Positions 11,043 to 20,000 of a stretch of 20,000 bases of DNA are shown here, piece by piece. Each line of letters begins with the position of its first letter. Within the stretch, counting starts at the first letter, position 1. The stretch lies in the NCBI GenBank assembly GCA_003344405.1, contig NOWV01000277.1, forward strand, positions 48,900 to 68,899, read 5' to 3'. Below the pieces are notes generated by a model that saw only the letters and a list, made by a program, of their open reading frames with translations, did not search any database and was not told the origin of the DNA. The position numbers were made by a program, and so were the translations under genes. This stretch comes from Trichoplax sp. H2 (lineage: Eukaryota).

Positions 11043-11935
11043 ATGGACCTGAGACCCGTTCGAGCACCGTGACACTTTTGTACTGTACTGTACTATACTT
11101 TTGTACTGGAGAAGAAACGCGAACCTCTCCTTCTATCGCAGTCATGGACTTACGGACTACGGACCCTTGGTAGAGCCTCTGTACGGTAGCAGTACAGTAC
11201 AGTACTGTACTGTACTGTACTGTACTGTACTAGAGAAGGCCGAACCTCTCTCTGCCTGGATCGCAGTCGTGGACTGATGGACGTACAGTACTAATGGACC
11301 TGAGACTCGTTCGAGCACCGTGACACTTTTGTACTGTACTGTACTGTACTGGAATGTGGAGAACAAACGCGAACCTTTCCTTCTCTTGCAGGCATGGACT
11401 TACGGACTACGGACCCTCGGTAGAGCCTGTGCCCTGTGGTACCACTGTGCTGGAGAATGTGAACCTCTGCCTCGATCGCAGTCATGGACTGATGGACGTA
11501 AAGTACTCAAAGAGCTATAAAATATGGACCTGAGACCCGTTCGAGCACCTTGACACTTTTGTACTGTACTGTACTGGAATGGGGAGAACAAACGCGAACC
11601 TCTCCTTCTAGCGCAGTCATGGACTTACGGACTAACGGACCCTTGGTAGAGCCTGTGCCCTACTGTACAGTAATGTACTGGAATGGGGAGAACAAAGGCG
11701 AACCTCTTCTTCTAGCGTAGTCACGGACTTACGGACTACGGACCCTGGGTAGAGCCTGTGCCCTACTGTAATGTACTGGAATGGGGAGAACAAAGGCGAA
11801 CCTCTTCTTCTAGCGCAGTCACGGACTTACGGACTACGGACCCTGGGTAGAGCCTGTGCTATCTATCACTTTACTGGAGAGGCGAACCTCTGCCGCGATC
11901 GCAGTCATGGACTTATGGACGACGGACCTTGGGCA
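11043..11935. repeat. Complex higher-order tandem (minisatellite) array, eight related ~86-135 bp units
   Basis: The core GAACCT...CG(C/T)AGTC(A/G)(T/C)GGACT.A.GGAC starts at 11121, 11242, 11371 (more diverged), 11461, 11596, 11700, 11798 and 11884. The module ATGGACCTGAGAC(C/T)CGTTCGAGCACC.TGACACTTTTGTACTG starts at 11043, 11294 and 11524. Confidence 0.95.
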
Positions 11936-12361
11936 TAGGCTCTGCTACAGGCCTTCAGGGCAACGTCTAGTACTGAGTGTTCAACACCGACTTGTACACA
12001 AGGGGTCGATAAAAAAGGTCTCCCACTGCCCCACCCTACTCTCCTATACTGACAAATAGAGGACGCAGTCCTGTCCCAGCGTCGATCAAGGCAATACTGC
12101 AAGAAGTGAAGAATCTTGATCAACTCCCCATCATTAATTGAATGATCAATAATATCCACTTGCTACTTTGCAAAAGGGATATCACTCCTTTGACGACCTT
12201 CAATCAACGCTATTGCCGTCTAGGATTGACTCCAATCTCCACAGTCACTTTTTCATACCAGCTTAGTCTACAAATAGAGTTGACCGATTGTTACATATAG
12301 TATTGGTAGTGCGCTTGTTGGAAGTGAAACACTCCCCACCCCCACGGTTTAGCCAAACACC

Positions 12362-15300
12362 ATGAAGAAACAGTTTATGAGAGCTAAACAAATTGCTAAT
12401 CAAAGCATTGGAAGGTAAATGGATAGTGTAAGATAATCTTGAATACAGCTTTATTCATTGATCAGTGGTTATCGCCTAATGGTACGGCTGTATCATTTCA
12501 TGCAAAAGGAGAAGGAGGGATGGATCAACATGATACTACAAATTTGACCTTGTGTATCTTTTCTCATCTGTACTGTATCTTGACAACGATTGCTATGCAC
12601 TCTCTTAATGGATTAAATGGTAGCATCCTTCCGTTACCGTAGTCATCAAATCGTTCAATATTCCTCTATTCATTCATTGATAGTCATAACCATCTCTATA
12701 CAGTTGTAGAAAAGAGATGCTCTCGCTTGATCAGTTTCCTTGCTTGCAACCACTAAACCATCAACAGCAACATGATGGTCAAGGGGATAATTCAATCGAT
12801 CCAAACATCATGCCATGTACATTGTACAATTGGTGTAGCTTAGACACTATCTAAATATCTATACTTTGACCATCAACAGCAATATGATGGTCAAGGCGAT
12901 AATTCAATACATGATCATCGATCAATGGATCCAAACATCATGCCATGTACAATTTGTGTAGCTTAGACTTTATGTAAATATCGATACTTTGTAATGGTGT
13001 AAGTAAAGTAATATGCGTAATATTTATAGGTGCGATAGATGAAGTTTATATCAATTCAATTAGATACATTATCCCCATAATAATACAACTATTATTATAA
13101 TTGTGCATATTATTTCCTCTTAAGAGCCTAATTTGCTGTTAACAATACAACTGGCCAGTGATTGGAACTGGTTTTCTGATGGCTATACGAGAAATGCAGA
13201 TGCACATGATTCATGCATTCATAGCTCTTCGATACAAAGGCCAACGATCCCTTGAATAGTTCTTAATAATATTAACTTAATTTTCTGTTTAACTTAGAGC
13301 TACAGTTCTGTTGCACTACTAATTTCTTTTATATCCAACATAGATATCAAATTTCACAATAATGCTATCATCTCATGTCTATAATAGTCTCACGATATTG
13401 TCTAATGAAATACGAGTACGTTCTTTGACATTAGTTTATCTATCTATCTATCTAATCTGAATGCCAATCAATCTATATTGCTAGTATTGTACGTATAATA
13501 GAGGTTATCAATTAATTATTTTTCATATAGCACTAGGCACTAATGATGCAATGCATGAGAAACTGACGTTAATCTGATGACTAGAGAAACTTTGTCCAAA
13601 GTTTTTGACTAAAATAACAATCATTTCTTATCTTATTAGGGCAGAGAAAACAGAAATCTCAGATAAACTTCAACAGGTTCGTATCAGGCACTTCTAAGAA
13701 GTTCCCGTATAAAAAAATTGTAGTAGTAGATAGTAGACAATGTACGCTTGAAGGACAGATTATAACTTACTGATAATTATCATTCAATGAACTACAGTAA
13801 AGCATTATCATACGAAGATGCGACATGTTTCAAAATATTATTCTAACGTTATGTAGTAATCTAGTCGACTCTACAAAATACAGGATTCAACTGACTGTTT
13901 TGTTTATCTGCTAACTAATTGAACCAAATTGCCTTTTCTTTATCCATTTTAATAAATATAAGATGTCATTTGTTTGAAAAATTATTATGACGTTAATAGA
14001 TTGAAAAGAAATCGGAAGCAGCTAAAAAGTCATTATCGACTGTAGTTAAGGTCTTCGTACCTTATATTAACGGTACCGGAGTTGATAAAGAGAAACGACT
14101 AGTAAGTAATGCTGATTACACAAATTATCTTCCATCAGGCTTAAGAGAATGTACTGTTATAATTTTACTATAAATAATAGGATCAATGTAATACTTATTT
14201 GCACAATCTTTTTCTGCCTGTCTATACAAAATTGTAGCGAAAGAATCATGCAAGTCATTTAGGTCAAAGTTTACAGGATTGCACTGCAAATCTTCCCAGC
14301 GATAGCGTCCTAAAGTAAAAATCTGTCGTCTTAATAATCGCTTTAATTACCTTAATGAAATATACTCTATAGCTTTGAAAGTAGCTGATCAATAGCTGAT
14401 ACTAAAGATATAAGTAGATCTAATAGTTAGTGTAAGTTAAAAGTAGCTATCAATATCTTCAGAGAATCTTCAATAATACTTATCAATATCAAGCAAGGAT
14501 ATTAAATTAATGTTGGAGACTAAATTTTACTATACCTCTACAATGACATTTAAAGAGCTTCGTAAACTGTATTAAAATGCTAAAGTGAAGATTATTATTT
14601 TATATGCTTGATTATAGCAATAGTTTGCTGTCTCAGTTGAATAGACCAGAAATTCTGTTACACTACAGTGTGGATATCATAAATAATCTATAATCTATGG
14701 CCATAATTTCATACCTGGTAATTTATTATAGACAATTCCGTAAGCCTAATAATCATTTTCGATCGATATATTGTAGGAGTGTTGTCATGGATTTAGGTAC
14801 TGCTTTAAATGAAGTAGGAAAACTACAAGTGAATGCCGAAGCAAATATAGATGAAGATGTAGTCATTCCTATCAGTAACGTATTAGAGGTATAAAATCTT
14901 CACTGATATAATACTTAGGGATAATGAAATATGCAAAAGTTTTATTTGATAAGTCACAGTTGTACACAATGAGTAATGGTATATATATATAGTAAATATC
15001 ATAGGCGTTACTATTCCATTCTAAAATGGAATCATACCATATTCACTGCATGAAGTTTCTAGTTACCTATGAAATGTGAGCAAGTGCACAATATAAGACA
15101 ATGACCGGACACATTATATGCAACAAGATTGATAGTATTAAATCACCTAATTCGCATAAATTACATTAAATTTCTATCAGTTTGGTGTACGACATATTAT
15201 TGATTACAACACTTTTTCCGACTACATATTATGATCGTAGGAAATGATAGTATTCTATTGATTAATCTTCGAAATAGCAATTAAAATAGTAAAAATCGAA

Positions 15301-18193
15301 CGATCTATTTCAATCTGTCAACGTAGGGTAATAATTAATCTACATTCTTCTCTTAAACTTGTTTATAATTGAAACTATTCTAAATTCATGATTATAGATT
15401 GGCAGCATTAGTATGCTTATTAATAAATTTCTTAATATTCTATTTTTAACAAATTAACATGAAATCCTACTAATTATCTTGGCACCTACTTATGAAGAAT
15501 GATGGCGCTGCCAAAGCCAAAAAACGATTATCCGGTGCTAGACTAGATATGGACTCAGCTAAATCGAGGTAACTCTTTCTTTCTTACACTATGCAAACTG
15601 CTGGTAGTTTGAAAATGTGAATTAAAAGAATTATTACAACAATAATTAGTGAACGTAATTTGTTTATTCATGCATTATGATATTCCAGATTAATCGCATT
15701 TAGTGAAAATGTATTTTGTACTTTTCTTCACAATGTTTTATTCATTAGACTAAACAAGGAAAAGGAACGCAGCAGTGGTAGTGTCAATATGGTCAAGTTA
15801 AAGACGTTAAATGATGAATACGAAAATAATGAAAAAATATTTAACCAAGCGCAAGTAAGTCCTATAAGTACAAGAAATTACATTCTTTTTGATTTCATCT
15901 TTAGCTTTACTTCATTACCTGTACTTAAGTAACTGATCAGTAAAGTAGTGGCTATACAGGTATAAAATTCAGTGAAGAAATTATGCTTGATTTTATTCAG
16001 CTAAGCGACATGATTCGTTTCACAATATCGGAAATTCAGATTTTACCATAACCCCTAGTACTATGCATCATTTCGTTGATACGTATTAGTTAATAATAAA
16101 TAATATACATGATAGGTTCTGCAAGTCTAAATTGATTCGTGATTGAGACTAATTGTACTGTATCACAGCTTAGCTATTTGTAGATTTCGTATTCTCCTTG
16201 TGATCGTTAATTACTAACCTATCGTGGTATTGATAGCATTTATTGATAGCATTCGTAAGCTCAATCAAGTATACCTGAAAGCGTCTCATTTACTCCAGCT
16301 GACATCATGTCAACTATTTATCATTTAAATTTATTTCATAGGATGGCCTAGCTATCGAACATTTGCAATTTCTCTCAAATGAAACTATGGTAGCCTCATC
16401 CGTTTTAAACGTAAATACGTATATGTTTATTAATAATTCTGTTAAATTTAATAATTTCAGCACTATTTACTAAGACTGCTATCGCACATGACTAAAATTC
16501 ATGTAGATTTAAAAATCTAACGGGGACAATCGTTATTAATAGTCTTCAGTAATTTGTCGTTTAGGAGATTATGGTATTATTCACTGTTACTTATATAGCA
16601 TATATTATTTTTATTATCCATTCTTGTAGTTTGTGGACCATCAAATGCTGTACCTTAAAGAAGCAATTGCTGTTTACGAAGCATTTAGGCCATCCATACA
16701 AAAATCGATTGGTAATTTAATAGTTCTGATTGTGGTCTTAGTCTAACTGCTATATTGTGCCTATTGCTTTTACCGAATACTTTTATAATGGTTTACTTTT
16801 TTGATATTGTAGAACAATCACCTCGAAAAAAAGTATTTGGCGTCACGTTAACAGAACATTTGCAAACGTTCAAGCGTGAAATTGCAGTAGTATTGGAAGA
16901 GTGTATAAAGTATATTACTGAGAATGCAATGGAAACTGAAGTACGTAAGCTGTTATTCTAAGAAGCTCGATATTCATCAAAATTAATTGTGAATGGTTTG
17001 CCAATGTTACTAGGGTTTATTCCGAATTACGGGAAGTGCTTCTCAAATGAAATTGCTTCGGGTATCTGATTGAACTTTTGTTGTATTAATTACTTTATTT
17101 GTGTCACGAATTTGCCCTATGATGGAGCTTAGTGTCTTGTTTAAATGGAAGGCATATATTATCAAGACGTCAACTCAATAGTCAATAAATATAACCTTTA
17201 TTATACAGGCTGCTTATGATGGAGTTGGTTCTATTGAGAGCATCCTTGACGAAAGGGATTTTATTCCTGGAATTCATTCTATTGCAGGTAGATAAAATAA
17301 TGTCATCATCAAGCAAAATAGTTAAATTAACATTTATCGCAAGCATAATAGGTACCTTCTAATGTATAATTGTTATGTATACAATTTACCGAAGGTACAC
17401 TAAAGCAGTATTTGAGAGAGTTACCTGAACCATTGATGACTCATGAATTCTATGACGAATGGATAGATGCTGCCAAGTATAGTATAGTAGCTTGCTATAA
17501 TAAAGCGTTATATATGTATCCATATTTAACTCGCTGTAGTACATATTTGTATTATCGTATATGACGATAGTCCTTGTCTTTGATCTAATTATTATACTAT
17601 CACGTAAATACCACCAGGATCACTGATCCCCAGGAGCGCTTGCAGGAGTTGTGGAGGGTAAATAGAAGCCTTCCGAAAGAAAATTATGAAAATCTAAAGT
17701 GAGAATATTTTAAATTATCAGTTCCGGCATAAAATTTAGACTTTATTTCCTGCTGTTTATATTTTGATTCATACTCTTCTTATAACTATCAATGAAATTG
17801 TCTCACGACCGCTTGATAAAACCATTTTTATGGCTCTATTCAGATTTTTGATAACATTCCTAGCCACCTTAGCGGAGAATGCGGAAATCAATAAAATGAG
17901 CAGTAGCAATCTTGCTTTAGTTATGGCACCAAATTTACTACAATCTTCACTACAAGGCTTAGAGAGTCCAACGTAAGACATTAATGCATTACTAGCTGTA
18001 TACTAACTAGGTTATTGCAAAAATATTTATGTAAAATCTATCAATTATTGCTATAAAATGTAAGTATTCCGTTATATCATAATATGACTACCTACTGTTT
18101 CCTAGGAGTCAAGTACATTTCAATGAAATTACATCTGCCGTACAAAGTTTAATCGATCACTGTGAATGGTTTTTTCAGGAAGACTGCGTTTAA
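12362..18193 (+). CDS. ARHGAP17: N-BAR domain + RhoGAP protein, ARHGAP17/ARHGAP44 (RICH/Nadrin)/SH3BP1 family, 16 exons, 447 aa
   Basis: Exons 12362-12414, 13640-13676, 14000-14101, 14238-14314, 14777-14888, 15498-15568, 15749-15854, 16342-16410, 16630-16711, 16813-16940, 17014-17061, 17209-17287, 17395-17476, 17618-17698, 17844-17972, 18106-18193 are all GT-AG and in phase (1344 nt). The N-terminus MKKQFMRAKQIANQSIGRAEKTE matches the family start MKKQFNRMKQLANQTVGRAEKTE. GAP motifs: VFGVTLTEHL, EGLFRI (arginine finger), GTLKQYLRELPEPL, NKMSSSNLALVMAPNLL, HCEWFF. Probably co-orthologous to the vertebrate paralogues, so the symbol is nominal. Confidence 0.93.
12757..12991. repeat. Two-copy imperfect tandem duplication (~112 and ~123 bp) in RhoGAP intron 1
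   Basis: 12757-12868 and 12869-12991 share accatcaacagcaa.atgatggtcaagg.gataattcaat...gatccaaacatcatgccatgtaca...tgtagcttagac...taaatatc.atactttg, with internal indels. Confidence 0.93.
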
Positions 18194-20000
18194 TGTTTTG
18201 TATGTGTAAACTATGCTGATATTGAATTGTGTCTATCGAGGCATTCTTTACAAAATTTCGCCTATTTTTTATGCGCTGATGGTAGTGTGCATTTGAATAA
18301 GATAATGCAATTTATTATTATTATTATTACTTAAGAACTATTACGAACTATAATTATCATTTAGACTCGAAATATTAACTGAACTTACTATATGCAGCTA
18401 TCCAATATTACGCAGCAAAACTAGTGATGCGGAGTTGATTTGCTATATTACTGTTATTCAATATTAAGTCATTTTTTACAGAATTATTGCAATCATCTTC
18501 TAATAGCTTCATAATTCAAAAGCATTGGATTATGGCATGCAGATATAACCAATTATCGCCTATAATTAAGACCAGTACAACGTAGAATATTCTGCTGCAT
18601 GATTTACTGACACTCAGTATGTATATCTCATTGATCCAGATTAGCTGTTTTTACGTTATTGATATCATGTCTTTAGCCATATTGCAAGAACATAAGAATC
18701 TTTTGTGACGAAAACATTATATGACGTTGTCCTAACAGGATGACTTACTTCAGACATTGTATGATAAGCTGTTGAAAGCAGCATTTTACTCAGTTTTCTA
18801 TTATTTCAATTCGAGATAGGTACACATTTTTCTCCGTTCTAGCGTAAGGTTGCTTTGCTGATTGGCTTACGTACATCATAGCGCTATACTTGTATTTGTA
18901 TTTTACCCAATTGTACTTCAGTTTTGTAATAGAGCTATTGGTAACTTGTAGCGATAAGTGATCACTGTATGATAAAATTCGTAATCTTTATTCTATTAAA
19001 AGTAAAGATTTTGTAACTCGAATGGTATTTAATTTCGTAGTGGCAGAGTAAGAGATAATATCATTACCATGCTGGAATAAATAACTACTTTCAATTATGA
19101 CACTAGGCTAATTAAATTGATATCTTAGCAATAAAACTTAATCGCTGATTAGACATTCTCCTACAAATACTACCCTACTACGCATGAAGGGGCAGCATTT
19201 GAATGCCTCAGCACTAGTTTATCGTCCCAGAAACAGTCGCTTTATTTTAGACACTATCATATCTTTCTAATTAAGGAAGATCTAAAGTATATAACATCTT
19301 TAGCTAAAGTAATTTCAGTAGTGTAAATGCTAAGCTTTTAATGAAACGCAATCTATGACCCTCAACAACCACCAAATCAATACAAGTAACAGACTCCATA
19401 ACTGTCAGATATAAAATTTAATACGTGCACATATACGTGTAGTGTCCCAAACTTGTTTACTATTGGAAATACTAACTTTAAAACGTAAATTATAATGTAT
19501 GTTTGCTTTAATCCGGCTTATATATGTTTATTATTTATTATTATTATTTACAATTTCTAATATTGTTATACTCAGTGTGATGGAGGGTTCAATATCTCAG
19601 AGGATTGAGATTTAGTGGCCATTTACAATTATTACAACAAAGGGTTTATAAAAGTTATGCTTTATTGTAGGTTAGTAATGTGAAGTACAGTGAGGTAGTT
19701 ACGGTAGATCACCGTGCAAGCTGTCGTGAGTAACGAGTAGAAGTATTAGACTGTGAGAGACTAACTAGAAGACTAACTGAGAGGCTAACGAACTCTGAGG
19801 TAGAAATCGCCGGTATTTATAGTTTTAAAGATAGAGCACATGCAGAGAATAGGATTGTGGAATTAGATACAACATATACCATAACAGGTTACAAAATAGC
19901 AGATGATTGTAGAAAATAGCGAGTACCGTAATAACTAAATACAGTAGTCTATATATGAATGTAGAGTAAGCGGACTGTAGATCTGTCTAAATATAAGAGC

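Noticed and set aside
11057..11180. tRNA or tRNA-derived SINE suggested by GTTCGAG and (minus strand) GGTTCG words
   Set aside because: The B-box consensus is incomplete, there is no properly spaced A-box, and I could not build a cloverleaf.
11269..11285. Hammerhead core in module C (CTGATGG)
   Set aside because: It reads CTGATGG rather than CUGANGA, and there is no downstream GAAA or helix arrangement.
9962..11591. ORFs with STVQY/YCTVL-type repeats
   Set aside because: These are translation artefacts of the stop-free (CAGTA)n/(TACTG)n repeats on both strands, with no splice or homology support.
11043..11935. CRISPR array interpretation of the repeat block
   Set aside because: The sequences between repeats are themselves repeated or are microsatellite rather than unique spacers. 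Units are too long and irregular, there are no cas genes, and the context is spliced eukaryotic genes.
11951..11971. Helitron 3' end (small hairpin followed by CTAG|T)
   Set aside because: The hairpin is only about 4 bp, no matching 5' TC terminus was identified, and a single copy cannot establish boundaries.
11856..12159. ORFs 11856-12059 (+) and 11905-12159 (-)
   Set aside because: Both begin at non-ATG codons, partly overlap the repeat array, and show no recognisable family or exon context.
15495..17394. AAG acceptors for RhoGAP exons 6 and 13
   Set aside because: They are less common than YAG but still canonical AG acceptors that keep frame and homology.
19758..19792. Three degenerate (A/G)(G/A)CTAAC-containing units, plus short (TATC)n and (ATT)n runs elsewhere
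   Set aside because: Too short and degenerate to distinguish from ordinary slippage repeats.

Overview
AT-rich eukaryotic DNA with many short spliceosomal introns, from a compact-genome animal (placozoan-like in style; the taxon is inferred, not established). Three spliced genes can be rebuilt by hand. (1) The 5' three exons of a spinster-like MFS transporter (minus strand, runs off the left edge). (2) A complete 13-exon SRP68 (minus, 9994->5977). (3) A complete 16-exon N-BAR + RhoGAP gene of the ARHGAP17/ARHGAP44/SH3BP1 family (plus, 12362->18193), head-to-head with SRP68. Unexpected items: a decayed, roughly full-length bacterial-type MoxR AAA+ ATPase pseudogene at about 3600-4640; an apparent GA-AG non-canonical intron in SRP68; a GC-richer higher-order tandem array with long perfect (CAGTA/TACTG) palindromes filling the SRP68/RhoGAP divergent promoter; window-wide enrichment of TACTGTA; and a hammerhead-core-like motif in RhoGAP intron 1.
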